A DNA stretch of 64,000 nucleotides from Promethearchaeota archaeon (GTDB taxonomy: Archaea; Asgardarchaeota; Heimdallarchaeia; Hodarchaeales; Hodarchaeaceae). The position numbers and the translations under genes are program-made. The stretch covers positions 64,001-128,000 of the forward strand of contig JBHLMN010000010.1 of the NCBI GenBank assembly GCA_048938105.1, in the 5' to 3' direction. This document shows positions 8,796 to 19,732 of this stretch, in pieces; within the stretch, counting starts at the first letter, position 1; each line of letters opens with the position of its first letter. The notes below the pieces were generated by a model. That model made no database searches and was not told where the DNA came from. It worked only from the letters and a program-made list of their open reading frames with translations.

Positions 8796-10268
8796 TTGAT
8801 AAAAAAGCCTGTTGTGGTTTTAAGGGTGAAGATTCTATTCCTTGTTCCACCTACAAAACAAAAGGAAGTAACAAAGTATCAACTTGCCTTTTTAAATTTT
8901 ACAGCACCACCTTTAGGGTTGGGATATATTGCTGCTGTGTTAGAAGAAAATGGTTTTTCTAAAGTTCGAATATTAGATTGCTCCGTCTTAGAGTATTCAC
9001 CTCAAACCTATCGTAAGTATTTGAAGCAATATAATCCAGATATCGTTGGAATTCAAACACTTACACCTAATCTTTACAATGCTCTAAACTCAGCTCAAAT
9101 TGCAAAAAAAGAGGGTGTTCCAATCGTCGCTCTGGGAGGATATCATCCTACAGCAATGCCAACGGAAAGTTTACAATTATCTCATGGTAATGTTGATGTT
9201 GTTTTCAGGGGAGAAGCTGAATACTCTATGTTAGAATTTGTCCAAAATATTGACAAAGGTCGTGATTGGACACAAATCAAAGGTATTTCCTATTTTAACA
9301 AAGACAATCAAGTTATTCACAATAAACCAGCTCCTCCCATAAAAAACCTAGATGACCTTCCGTTACCAGCGCGTCATCTACTTCCAATGGACAAGTACCG
9401 AATTTTTGGATCATCTTTTCCAGCAACTTCGGTTATAACTAGCCGAGGGTGCCCTTTCTCTTGTGATTTTTGCAGTGTTTCAGCATTCTATGGGGCTAAG
9501 TGGCGCCCTCGCTCACCCGAGAAAATTGCTGAAGAAATCCGCTTTTTACGAGAAACTATGGATATAAAAGCAACAGCGTTCGTAGATGACTTATTTTTTA
9601 TCTCAAAAAAAAGAGTAAGAAGATTAGTTAGTGCACTCTCAAAAATCAAAGATATCTATTGGGGTGCAACGACTCGTGCTGATGTAGGGGAACTTGAATT
9701 ACTCACCCTAATGAGAAAAGCAGGCTGTCGCTTAGTTTTTGTAGGTGTCGAATCTGGGAGTCAAACAATTTTAGACCAAATACGAAAACGGACCACTATC
9801 AATCAAGTGGAACGATATTTTGATAACGCTAAGAAAGCACATATGGACACATTGGCTTCATTATCATTTGGATTTCCTGGTGAAACTAAACAAACGATCA
9901 TCAATACAGTTACTTGGGTTATTAATCGGTTAGATCCTGAATTGGCATTATTCACTCTAGCAACCCCTTATCCTGGCACAGAATTCTATCAAAAGATGTT
10001 AAACAAAGGTATGATAAAAGAACATGATTATAGCAAATATAATCTCTTTCATCCTATTACTGAAATTACCGGTATATCACGAGAAGAAATGAAAATCATG
10101 ACGAAATGGGCATATAAACAATTCTATCTACGGCCAAACAAAATTATCCAAAATACATTAAGGGAATTAAGATATTCTATGGAGAGTTATGGTTTCAGGC
10201 AATTTCTTTACAATAGTAGTGTATTTGCGAAAGGAATTATCAATATGAGGATTTTAACTTCAATGTAA
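8796..10268 (+). CDS. Cobalamin-binding radical SAM protein (class B-like); start probably GTG 8826
   Basis: PPLGLGYIAA and GGYHPT B12-binding domain; SRGCPFSCDFC motif; GVESG; ATPYPGT. Confidence 0.9.
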   Translation: MIKKPVVVLRVKILFLVPPTKQKEVTKYQLAFLNFTAPPLGLGYIAAVLEENGFSKVRILDCSVLEYSPQTYRKYLKQYNPDIVGIQTLTPNLYNALNSAQIAKKEGVPIVALGGYHPTAMPTESLQLSHGNVDVVFRGEAEYSMLEFVQNIDKGRDWTQIKGISYFNKDNQVIHNKPAPPIKNLDDLPLPARHLLPMDKYRIFGSSFPATSVITSRGCPFSCDFCSVSAFYGAKWRPRSPEKIAEEIRFLRETMDIKATAFVDDLFFISKKRVRRLVSALSKIKDIYWGATTRADVGELELLTLMRKAGCRLVFVGVESGSQTILDQIRKRTTINQVERYFDNAKKAHMDTLASLSFGFPGETKQTIINTVTWVINRLDPELALFTLATPYPGTEFYQKMLNKGMIKEHDYSKYNLFHPITEITGISREEMKIMTKWAYKQFYLRPNKIIQNTLRELRYSMESYGFRQFLYNSSVFAKGIINMRILTSM

Positions 10269-10283
10269 GTCTGATAACGAATT

Positions 10284-10529
10284 TTATATCAAATTTCTAC
10301 CTTTTTCTGTAATTCCAAAGGTTTCAGGGTTACTCGGGAGACGTCTGATATATTCTTTCTTCTCTAATCCCGATATACTTTCCTCAAATAGATTTTTGTT
10401 AAATGATTGACCGGTAATATTACTCATCTGTTTTATTTGTGCCATGATATTTAAATAATGTATGTCTCTATGTTGTGATATTATTTCTAAAATTGTTAAT
10501 TCTATGTTTGATATCTTTTCCTCTGACAT
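10284..10529 (-). CDS. Small winged-helix protein
   Basis: ILEIIS...ISGLEKKEYI...FGITEKGRNLI wing pattern. Confidence 0.6.
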   Translation of the reverse strand: MSEEKISNIELTILEIISQHRDIHYLNIMAQIKQMSNITGQSFNKNLFEESISGLEKKEYIRRLPSNPETFGITEKGRNLI

Positions 10530-10831
10530 TTCTTTCCTGTCCTATCTGACTTTTGTATTTAAAGAAATCTGGCTTTTTTATTTATTTCTCTATTAATTTC
10601 TATATATTATGGAAAATATATACACAAGTATGATTTTGGCTCTTCCAATCCATTCTATGTCTATACTAAAGATAAGTTGTATCAGCAGCATAATTCTGAA
10701 ATTATTCCGAATAAAATATAAAATGAGAAAAAGAAGAAAAAGATAAATAATTGAAAGTGAACAAATAATTGATATTATACGATATCACTCATTCTCAAAA
10801 AATACAAACCTGTTATTAGAGGGTACCACCA

Positions 10832-11419
10832 ATGGAGGAACTACAGGAACGTATCATCAAAGCTAAGGCATTAAGGAAGAGGGAAAAAATTAAAGAAGCT
10901 ATAAATGTTCTAAATGAAGGACATGACATAGGTGTTAAGAATAACGCAGTTGAGGATTTGGTCGACATTCACAACCAGCTTATCTTATTACATTATCAAA
11001 ATAACGACCCTGTAATGTTTGAGAAATCGTATAATTTTGCTAGAACCTTGGCAGCGCGGATTAATTATAATAAAGGACTTGTAGAAACGTTTATGAATAA
11101 AGCATGGGTTGAAACAGATAACAGGAATTTTCTTGAAGCAATAACCGAGGCAACTCAAGCTCTTTCCATTGATGATATCCTAGATAATGCCTCTGCTTTT
11201 ACTACAGCCTTGTATATTATTTCAGAAGCCAATTATAGCGTTGGAGATATAGAAAAGGGAGATAAATATAAGGAATTATATCAGAAAAAACTCATGAAAC
11301 TTACTGAGGGTGAGGAAAAAATGTTGAGAAGCATTGAAGGATTGAGCGTAGGAATGACCAAGGAGGAGGATATAGATGCGCGGGTCAGACAAGCTCTAGA
11401 TGAACTCGATTCATTTTAG
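10832..11419 (+). CDS. TPR-like helical repeat protein
   Basis: All-helical with A/L/Y periodicity typical of TPRs; GAGGG upstream. Confidence 0.6.
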   Translation: MEELQERIIKAKALRKREKIKEAINVLNEGHDIGVKNNAVEDLVDIHNQLILLHYQNNDPVMFEKSYNFARTLAARINYNKGLVETFMNKAWVETDNRNFLEAITEATQALSIDDILDNASAFTTALYIISEANYSVGDIEKGDKYKELYQKKLMKLTEGEEKMLRSIEGLSVGMTKEEDIDARVRQALDELDSF

Positions 11420-11499
11420 ATCCCTATCTTTTTTCATAATACTTTTATAATATCGTATCTTTTGTATCGTTTCCCATTCATCATCTTGGAGCATAAATC

Positions 11500-12693
11500 A
11501 TGTCTAAAAGCTATTCCAAGATACCTCGTTCTGAAATTGAGTCTCGAATTACGAAGTTAAGGCATCAATTAAAAAAAGACAATATTGACGGAGCAATTCT
11601 GTTATCAACTCCCGAACTTTATTATTATTCAGGTGTAGGGTACGATGGGGCAGTGTATATACCAACAGAAGGGGGAGAACCTGTTCATCTCGTCAAGCGA
11701 AATGTTTCTCTGGCACAAGCTTTTTCTCAAATACCTTTAATCCAACATTTTGGTAGAAAATCAAAATTGTTTGAAACATTAGATATTAAACGACCAGCTG
11801 CCATCGCTATAGAGAAAGACATCTTATCTTATTCATTCGTGCAATTTTTGCAGTCCAAAGCGAAAAAAATTAAGTTGATCAATTATAGCTCAATTTTCAG
11901 GCAACTTCGTTCTATAAAGTCAAAATACGAAATTAATCAAATAGAACGTGCAGCGAAGTTGGTAGATCTATCATATGAATATTGTACAAAGATTGCTACT
12001 CCAGAAATGACAGAGATCGACTTAGCTTTGCAATTGGAAGGTTGGTTACTTGAAAATGGGCATGATGGCTTCATTACGACATATGCCTTTAACTCAGAGT
12101 TATTACATTACGCTTACGTTATTTCAAGTAGTTCAGCCATTCTAAACATTTATTTCACTCCTATCTCTGGCCGAGGACTCACTTTAAAATATCCCTATGG
12201 TCCTTCTCGCCAGAAATTAAAGAAGAATACCCCTTTCATTGTAGACACTTGTGGAAACAGTCAGGGGTATATTTCAGACACAACACGAACGTTCATCTGT
12301 GGACAGTTTGATGAAGAGACTCGTAATCAGCTAGAATCTCTCCAACAACTAAAACAATTTCTCCAGCGAAATTTAAAACCAGGTATAAACCTAGGAAACC
12401 TATACAATGATGTTATGGAATTAAGTAAAGAGCTGAAAATAAATGATTACTTCATGGGTACTAGTTCCGACAGAGTTGCCTTTATTGGGCATGGAGTAGG
12501 ACTTGAACTCGATGAACTCCCTGTGTTTTATCCAAAAGGGCCTAATCTTGTCAGTGGAAATGTTCTAGCATGTGAACCAAAGTTCTTTATCCAAGGTAAA
12601 AAAGTGCTTGGGATTGAGGACACATATGCTATTACTGATTCTGGAAACATAATTTTGTCAAATTCTCTAAATAGTTTTGAGATTTCAACGTAA
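11500..12693 (+). CDS. Xaa-Pro aminopeptidase family (M24B)
   Basis: LRSIKS..E, D...GYISDTTRT, GHGVGLELDE.P, EP, GIEDT. Confidence 0.9.
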   Translation: MSKSYSKIPRSEIESRITKLRHQLKKDNIDGAILLSTPELYYYSGVGYDGAVYIPTEGGEPVHLVKRNVSLAQAFSQIPLIQHFGRKSKLFETLDIKRPAAIAIEKDILSYSFVQFLQSKAKKIKLINYSSIFRQLRSIKSKYEINQIERAAKLVDLSYEYCTKIATPEMTEIDLALQLEGWLLENGHDGFITTYAFNSELLHYAYVISSSSAILNIYFTPISGRGLTLKYPYGPSRQKLKKNTPFIVDTCGNSQGYISDTTRTFICGQFDEETRNQLESLQQLKQFLQRNLKPGINLGNLYNDVMELSKELKINDYFMGTSSDRVAFIGHGVGLELDELPVFYPKGPNLVSGNVLACEPKFFIQGKKVLGIEDTYAITDSGNIILSNSLNSFEIST

Positions 12694-12710
12694 TATCAAC
12701 GTGATTATCT

Positions 12711-13973
12711 ATGGATCGCTCAATAACATCCCCTAGATCTTTTATTTTTGATTTATATTTACGGCCGTCTCTTTTAATCTTAGTACTTTATCAAATTATC
12801 GTTACAGTTACTTTCACTGCTCAACAAATGTTACTAGCTGCATATTTGGACGAATTAGGCTTTATTGTAATTAGTGGTGTAATTATTGCAGCTTATTTCC
12901 TGTTTTGGTTTGTCTTTGGCCCTATCTTTGGTACTTTAAGCGATCTACATGGTAGAAAGTTCCTATTAGTTTTAGCGAATTGTGTTTCTTTCGTGGGTTT
13001 TTTTGGATTGGTTTTAGCTCCAGACCCTCTGCTTTTATTTATTATGAATGCACTTTTAGGATTCGGAGCTGCAATACGTGTTGGATCCGTAATCGCATTA
13101 TGGGTACAACATAGTCCTCAAGATCGCATTGGAGAATCTCTTGGCTATAACAGCATTCTACTCACTATAGGTGGAGTTGGAGGCGCTTTGATAGGAGTTT
13201 TTATGTGGACTACAATTCAAGCACACTCTTTCATCATTTTAGGGATTCTCTTGCTTGTTTCAGCCATCCCAATTATTTTTATTAGTGATTCAGGTAATTA
13301 TATCCCATTTTCATTTGAGACCTTATTAAATGTTGTTCGTGAAAAGTCCAATCAAAAAGTTTTCATCTCTATACCAATTATTCAAGTCAGTATCCATTGG
13401 TTAGCATTTTCAACTATTGTTTCTTTTTCTACCTTTATAATTCCCATCATTGAACGACTATCGGAGGAATTTCCAACTGGAATTGAACTTCAAATCCCTT
13501 TCCAGCTTTCTCTATTTATCTCGCTAGCTTTAATAATATCGTGTGTTGGAGGATTAATAATTTGGGGGAGAATCTCTGATTTATGGGCAAGAAAGCCCGT
13601 ATTGATCATTGGCTATGCTGGAACATTATTATTGGTTTTTTTAGGTATGACATTCTTCTTATTTGATTGGCTACCATTATTAATTGATGGATTAAATAGC
13701 AACGATTCCCTTAGTATAATGATCATAGGATTTCTCTTACCAATAATAGTTTTCACTGCGATCTCCTTAGTCACTACCCCAACTGCATGGATATCTGACA
13801 TTGTTGGTCAAGATGATTTAGCTAAAGCAATGTCCCTTAGACAAGTTCTGATTGGAATGGGGACTGTGATGGGAGTATTAGTTGGGGGTTATGTAATTGG
13901 AACGTATGGTATCAGTGGCTTACTCCTCATAATCCTCATTTTACTAGTAGTTTCTGCTGTTATTCTCCTCTGA
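12711..13973 (+). CDS. MFS transporter
   Basis: GTLSDLHGRK and GRISDLWARK motif A copies; about 12 TM segments. Confidence 0.85.
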   Translation: MDRSITSPRSFIFDLYLRPSLLILVLYQIIVTVTFTAQQMLLAAYLDELGFIVISGVIIAAYFLFWFVFGPIFGTLSDLHGRKFLLVLANCVSFVGFFGLVLAPDPLLLFIMNALLGFGAAIRVGSVIALWVQHSPQDRIGESLGYNSILLTIGGVGGALIGVFMWTTIQAHSFIILGILLLVSAIPIIFISDSGNYIPFSFETLLNVVREKSNQKVFISIPIIQVSIHWLAFSTIVSFSTFIIPIIERLSEEFPTGIELQIPFQLSLFISLALIISCVGGLIIWGRISDLWARKPVLIIGYAGTLLLVFLGMTFFLFDWLPLLIDGLNSNDSLSIMIIGFLLPIIVFTAISLVTTPTAWISDIVGQDDLAKAMSLRQVLIGMGTVMGVLVGGYVIGTYGISGLLLIILILLVVSAVILL

Positions 13974-14230
13974 CCCTCACAATCGAAATCAAAATAAAGA
14001 GAGATTAAATGGCCTAAATTTACCCCCACTCCATCAATTGGGGTTTTAATAATAATATCTCCCAAAGAGATGAAGATCTAACTTTACATTAAAGAAATTC
14101 CAGAAAATTTTTTGATATCAAGTAAGTCTTCACAATAGAAATCTACTTATTTAAAGTGAATCTTTATAGAAACATTAGCTATTGCACATAACTATAATTT
14201 GCCTAGCTCCATCAAGGTTGTGCGTCATTA

Positions 14231-15616
14231 TTGCCTCGTTGGTTTGGTAGTTCTGGAATCCGTGGATTATATAGTATAATATCCCCATATTTTAGTTTGA
14301 ATCTTGGAATGGCTGTTGGTAAAACATTTCAAACCTCTAAACCAGCATATATTGCTTCTGATGTGAGATTCACCTCAGATTTACTTAAGATGTGTTTTAT
14401 AAGTGGATTTACTTATTATTCAGGATCAATGATTGATATTGGTTTAACACCAACTCCAGTTATTTCGTACATTACATCAGTTAAGTATGATACATTAGGA
14501 ATAATGGTGACTGCTTCCCATAACCCACCGTCAAACAACGGATTCAAATTTTTTTTAAATGGAAGGGAATGTGGAGAGAATTTTGAATCGAAAGTGGAAA
14601 AAAACCTCCTATATGAATTTGAAAGGTTTAATGCAAATAAGATATCTCCACATTCATGGAAGAACGTTGGAACCTCGAAATATGATAATAATAAAATCTA
14701 CATAGATGGTTATGTCAATCATTTATTCAACAGTGTTAAAATAAAGAATCAAGATGTAAAAGTTATTCTAGATTGTGCTAATAATGTTCCCAACCTTGTT
14801 TCACCATATGTCTTTAAGCATCTTGGCCTTGAAATAGTCACAATAAATGACACGCTTGACGCTGCATTTCCTGGGCGTTCTAGTGAACCAACATCGAACA
14901 ATCTAACTACACTAAAACGAGAGGTGATTGAAGAAGATGCTGATATTGGTATAGCCCATGATGGGGACGGAGATAGATTTGCTATCATTGATGAACAAGG
15001 AAACTTTGTTAATCCCACAACTATTATCAATTTTTTTCTCGATCATATAGACTATTCAAATATAGAACGTAGAAAAATTGTTTTGACTAGCGATTGTTCA
15101 AACCAAGCATTTGAAATAGCTGAAAAACATCATGCTGAGATTATTACAAGCCGAATCGGGAGAAACCGCGAATATGTGAATGATGAAGGTATCTTATTCT
15201 TAGGAGAACCTAATAAATTATTATTCCCAGAATTTGGTAAGTGGATTGATGGATTATATCCAATTTTGAAGTTGATTGAAATTACTAAATCAAATAAAAT
15301 ATCAAATCTCTTAGCGCCATATGATAGACGAAAAATCCTTAGAAAGGCCTTTAAGATAGCTGAAAAAGAAAGACCTCGCGTGAACAGAATAATAAAAAAT
15401 CTTCCCCAGTTGTGGGAAAGTATAATATCTAAGGCGCAATTTTTTGATGGCTTAAAACTATTTTTCAAAGATAAATCCAGTATTTTGATCAGGATTTCTG
15501 GGACTGAACCAAAAATTAAATTTTATATAGAATCTTATTCAATTAAGCAGAACTGGGACATATTAGACCAGTTAAAAACTGAATTTAAGCTCAAGACAGA
15601 GGGAATTGACTGTTAA
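14231..15616 (+). CDS. Alpha-D-phosphohexomutase (PGM/PMM/GlmM/phosphopentomutase family)
   Basis: FGSSGIRG, TASHNP, HDGDGDR, RISGTEPKIK. Confidence 0.9.
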   Translation: MPRWFGSSGIRGLYSIISPYFSLNLGMAVGKTFQTSKPAYIASDVRFTSDLLKMCFISGFTYYSGSMIDIGLTPTPVISYITSVKYDTLGIMVTASHNPPSNNGFKFFLNGRECGENFESKVEKNLLYEFERFNANKISPHSWKNVGTSKYDNNKIYIDGYVNHLFNSVKIKNQDVKVILDCANNVPNLVSPYVFKHLGLEIVTINDTLDAAFPGRSSEPTSNNLTTLKREVIEEDADIGIAHDGDGDRFAIIDEQGNFVNPTTIINFFLDHIDYSNIERRKIVLTSDCSNQAFEIAEKHHAEIITSRIGRNREYVNDEGILFLGEPNKLLFPEFGKWIDGLYPILKLIEITKSNKISNLLAPYDRRKILRKAFKIAEKERPRVNRIIKNLPQLWESIISKAQFFDGLKLFFKDKSSILIRISGTEPKIKFYIESYSIKQNWDILDQLKTEFKLKTEGIDC

Positions 15617-15689
15617 AGTAAGCATTATTTCTATTAATTGTTATTTCATTTTTTTTATCAGAAGGAAAAATCGTTTGAAAGTGTTTTAA

Positions 15690-16697
15690 TTGAAAGCAGC
15701 GGTATTTAATGGAGAAAAAATCGTTTTAAAAGAAGTACCAAAACCGTTTCCCAAAGAAAATCAGGTATTGATTCATGTACGAACTGTTGGAATCTGTGGA
15801 ACTGATTTAGCAATCGTGAAAAGAAAAATCAAGACACCTATTCCAATTATACCTGGTCATGAATTTGCAGGAGAAGTGGTGGTTGATAAAACAGACTCTG
15901 TTAATCCTTGGATTGGTCAGAGGGTCACTGCAGAAATAAATACAAATACATGTGGTCAGTGTTATTTTTGCAAAAAGGGCATTAAAACACAATGTCTTGA
16001 ACGGAAAGCATTAGGAATACACATTAATGGAGCAATGGCTGAATATCTCGTAATTGACGCTAATCTTCTTCATAGAATCCCCGATTCAGTTTCATACGAA
16101 GAGGCAACTTCCATAGAACCACTGGCAGCTGCTTATCAGACTTTTGAAATGATGCCTATAGATAATGATGACCATATAATTGCTATTTTTGGGATGGGAA
16201 AATTAGGATTACTCCTTTTACAAATTGCGAAAAAGAAAGGGCTAGAAACAATAGTAGTGGACGGCTCAGAGAATAAATTGGAACTTGCACAACAATTAGG
16301 TGCTGATCATCTAATAAACCGTCATGAGAACTCTAATATATCTCGGATTATAACAAATATGAGTGATAATGGCGCCGATATCATTGTAGATGCATCAGGA
16401 AGTCCACAGGCGTTAGAAGATATTATATCATCATGTCGAAGTAGGGGAAAAATACATATTAAAAGCACCCATGGAGAACCCACTTTTATCAATTTGACAG
16501 AGATGGTACAAAGGGAAATTACTCTCTATACAAGTCGTTGTGGGCCTTTTAAGAAAGCCATTGATGCTCTTAAATCGAAAAATGTCAGTGTTGAAAAATT
16601 AAATACTCATATTTACTCATTAGAGCAAGTTGAACAAGTATTTAATTCATATGGAAGTAATAAAGATCATATTCGTACTATTTTGACTAATTATTGA
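15690..16697 (+). CDS. Zn-dependent medium-chain alcohol dehydrogenase
   Basis: GICGTD, GHE, CGQCYFC...C, GMGKLG, SRCGPF. Confidence 0.9.
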   Translation: MKAAVFNGEKIVLKEVPKPFPKENQVLIHVRTVGICGTDLAIVKRKIKTPIPIIPGHEFAGEVVVDKTDSVNPWIGQRVTAEINTNTCGQCYFCKKGIKTQCLERKALGIHINGAMAEYLVIDANLLHRIPDSVSYEEATSIEPLAAAYQTFEMMPIDNDDHIIAIFGMGKLGLLLLQIAKKKGLETIVVDGSENKLELAQQLGADHLINRHENSNISRIITNMSDNGADIIVDASGSPQALEDIISSCRSRGKIHIKSTHGEPTFINLTEMVQREITLYTSRCGPFKKAIDALKSKNVSVEKLNTHIYSLEQVEQVFNSYGSNKDHIRTILTNY

Positions 16698-16875
16698 ATA
16701 TATAAAAATCAACTCAACTATTTTGTTTTATAACTGAATTTATTGCATTATTAAGACTTAATGTAATATATTTCATTCTGCGTATCAATAATGCAATACA
16801 AAAGAATTTAAGGACAAAAATCTACTAGAACACGACTTTCCAAAATTCCCATTGAAAGTTTTAGGTGAAGAAAAA

Positions 16876-17892
16876 ATGCAAAAATATAGAGTAATACTCC
16901 TAATTGGAGCATTATTGTTTTCTATTTTTATATTCTCGGGGTGTACACAGCCAGAAAAACAGATAAACATCGCTCTCATCACTGGTACTGGAGGATTAGG
17001 TGATAAATCCTTCAATGATGGGGCTTATGCGGGATTGGTTAAAGCTCGAGATGAGTTAGAAGTTAATATTAGTGTCACAGAACCAAAAGAGATTGCTGAT
17101 TATGAACCCTCAATAGAAGCTTATGCCTCAGAAGGTATATATGACTTGATTATTTCTATCGGATTTGACCAAATGGATGCCCTTGCAAAGGTCGCCAATA
17201 AAAGCGAGTACAAGGATCAAAATTTTGCGTTGGTCGATGAAGCAATCTTGAATCAAAAATATGACAACATTGCTAACATCAACTTCTATGAACATGAGGG
17301 ATCGTTTTTAGTTGGGTACGTCGCAGCAAATGTATCAGCTACTAAAAAACTTGGTTTCGTTGGTGGTATGGATATTCCACTTATTCGGAGGTTTGCTGCT
17401 GGTTATCAAGCTGGAGCAGAATATTTCGATGATAGTGCAACTGTAAGCATCAAATATGTCGGTGGCTGGGGCGACACAGCAACAGGTAAAACATTAGCAG
17501 AAGAGCAAATTGAAGCTGACGCAGATGTTATCTTTATAGCGGCAGGAAAATCAGGTTTGGGCTCAATGACTGCTGTCAATGAATCAGCAGGAGTTTATGC
17601 CATTGGAGTAGATGTAGATCAGGATGAAACATTGCCTGAATATAAGGATAAAATTCTATGTTCTATGCTCAAACGTGTGGACAATGCAGTATTCGACCAG
17701 ATTAATAGAACTGTTGAAGGAACTTTTGAGGGCGGAAAATCATATTATTATGGTTTAGCCGAAGATGGTGTTGAAGTAAGCGACGATCCGACAATGAAAA
17801 AGATCTTGGGAACAGGAATCACTGCAATTCTAGAGGATCTCAAAACAGCAATAATAAATGGTACTATCAAGGTCCCAGATGATTTGACCTAA
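16876..17892 (+). CDS. BMP/PnrA-family nucleoside ABC transporter substrate-binding lipoprotein
   Basis: GGLGDKSFN, EHEGSFLVG, GVDVDQ, SMLKRVD. Signal peptide ends in lipobox FSGC; AGGTGA precedes ATG 16876. Confidence 0.92.
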   Translation: MQKYRVILLIGALLFSIFIFSGCTQPEKQINIALITGTGGLGDKSFNDGAYAGLVKARDELEVNISVTEPKEIADYEPSIEAYASEGIYDLIISIGFDQMDALAKVANKSEYKDQNFALVDEAILNQKYDNIANINFYEHEGSFLVGYVAANVSATKKLGFVGGMDIPLIRRFAAGYQAGAEYFDDSATVSIKYVGGWGDTATGKTLAEEQIEADADVIFIAAGKSGLGSMTAVNESAGVYAIGVDVDQDETLPEYKDKILCSMLKRVDNAVFDQINRTVEGTFEGGKSYYYGLAEDGVEVSDDPTMKKILGTGITAILEDLKTAIINGTIKVPDDLT

Positions 17893-17895
17893 ATA

Positions 17896-17939
17896 CTAAT
17901 AAGAAGAATCTAACAAGTTCTTCTCCCTTTTTTTATTAG
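17896..17939 (+). terminator. Stem-loop with T-tract after the BMP gene (terminator or mRNA stabiliser)
   Basis: ctaataa-gaagaa ... ttcttc-(tcccttttt)-ttattag imperfect inverted repeat containing a T7 run. Confidence 0.45.
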
Positions 17940-18151
17940 AAATTCCTAATAGGAAGCATTAGAAAGAAATGACTCTATTATTATTTATTAGTAGGCCTTA
18001 ATCTTTGATGAATTTTGAAAAATCTCATTTGAGGTCAAAAGGACACTTGAAGAGAATTGGATTTAATTCAGTTAACAAGATAAATATAAATCGCTCTGAT
18101 AGTTTTCAATCTACAATCGATCACCATTGATTAAACCTGGGAAAAGAAATT

Positions 18152-19729
18152 TTGGAAAGAGTAAGAATGTCAGAAATTGCTGTGGAATTTATAGATGTCT
18201 CTAAAAGTTTTCCTGGTGTACTAGCCAATGATCGTATAAGTCTGCAAATTAAATCAGGTGAGATTCATGGACTTCTCGGAGAAAATGGGGCTGGAAAAAC
18301 AACACTAATGAATCTCCTGTATGGATTATATGCAGTTGATAAAGGATCTATTCTTGTACGAGAAAAAGAAGTGGATATTTCCGAACCAAATGATGCAATT
18401 AATTTGGGTATAGGAATGATCCATCAACATTTTATGCTCGTAGAGACCTTAACTGTTGCGGAAAACGTGATGCTTGGATTGGAGCATACTAAGAATTTTT
18501 TAACTAAGATTTCCTCTCTCTTAAAAAATATCTCTCCACTAGATCATAACAAAGCAATTGAAGAGGTGGAGGATCTTTCTGGAAAATATGGTTTAAAGGT
18601 GGATCCCAAGGCATTGATTTCTGATATCAGTGTTGGTGTCCAACAAAGAGTAGAAATATTAAAAGTTCTTAAACGAGGAGCTAATATTTTAATCCTAGAC
18701 GAACCCACAGCAGTTCTCACACCCCAAGAGAGCGATGATTTATTCAATACTCTTAATGCATTAAAAAGACAAGGAAATACAATCATCTTCATTTCTCATA
18801 AACTAGAAGAAACAATGAAAATCTGCGACCGAGTCACTGTTCTTCGAAGGGGAAAATTAGTGGGAACAATATCGATCGAAGGAGCAACACCAATCAAATT
18901 AGCGAAAATGATGGTAGGAAGAGATGTTGTTTTACACGTAGAAAAATCTGAAGTGAGTATTGGAAAACCAGTACTTGAAGTGATAAATTTAGTAGTGAAA
19001 GATGACAGGAAATTAACAGCTGTGAATGAGGCGCAGTTTGAAGTCAATTCAAGTGAGATTTTAGGAATCGCTGGTGTACAAGGAAATGGACAAACTGAAT
19101 TGGTTGAGGCAATTACAGGGATTCGAAAAATAGAGAATGGAGAGATCAAATTTTGTGGCAAAGATATTACTAACTTAAATTCAAAAAAAGTAAGAGAATT
19201 AGGAATTACGCATATTCCAGAGGATAGGCGAAAACATGGATTGGTAATGGATTTTACGATTGCAGACAATTTAATCCTTGGTAGTCACTATATGAAACCG
19301 TTTCTTCAGAAAGGTTTTCGTGATGAAAGAGAAATAGAGAAATATGCTACAAGATTGATAGAAGAATTTGATATTAGAACTCCAAGTGCTTTTACTAAAG
19401 TAAGAAATCTTTCTGGTGGGAATCAACAGAAAGTTATTGTTGCAAGAGAATTATCAAGAGATTTTCAATTTGTTGTAGCGGCACAGCCAACGCGCGGTCT
19501 CGATATTGGGGTAATTGAATATATTCATAAGCAGCTGATAAATATTAAAGATCAAGGAAAAGCTGTTTTATTGGTTTCTTCCGAATTAGAGGAAATCTTT
19601 GCTCTCAGTGACCGTATCGCTGTTATCTACGAGGGGAAAATTGTAGCTGTTGGAAAAGCCACCGAATTCTCTGAAGAACAACTGGGTCTATTAATGGCTG
19701 GGAAACAGTTGGTCGCAATGGAAGGATAA
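18152..19729 (+). CDS. Nucleoside/sugar ABC transporter ATPase (CUT2, two ABC domains)
   Basis: GENGAGKT, ILDEPT, LSGGNQQK, QPTRGLD. Confidence 0.95.
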   Translation: MERVRMSEIAVEFIDVSKSFPGVLANDRISLQIKSGEIHGLLGENGAGKTTLMNLLYGLYAVDKGSILVREKEVDISEPNDAINLGIGMIHQHFMLVETLTVAENVMLGLEHTKNFLTKISSLLKNISPLDHNKAIEEVEDLSGKYGLKVDPKALISDISVGVQQRVEILKVLKRGANILILDEPTAVLTPQESDDLFNTLNALKRQGNTIIFISHKLEETMKICDRVTVLRRGKLVGTISIEGATPIKLAKMMVGRDVVLHVEKSEVSIGKPVLEVINLVVKDDRKLTAVNEAQFEVNSSEILGIAGVQGNGQTELVEAITGIRKIENGEIKFCGKDITNLNSKKVRELGITHIPEDRRKHGLVMDFTIADNLILGSHYMKPFLQKGFRDEREIEKYATRLIEEFDIRTPSAFTKVRNLSGGNQQKVIVARELSRDFQFVVAAQPTRGLDIGVIEYIHKQLINIKDQGKAVLLVSSELEEIFALSDRIAVIYEGKIVAVGKATEFSEEQLGLLMAGKQLVAMEG

Positions 19730-19732
19730 TCA

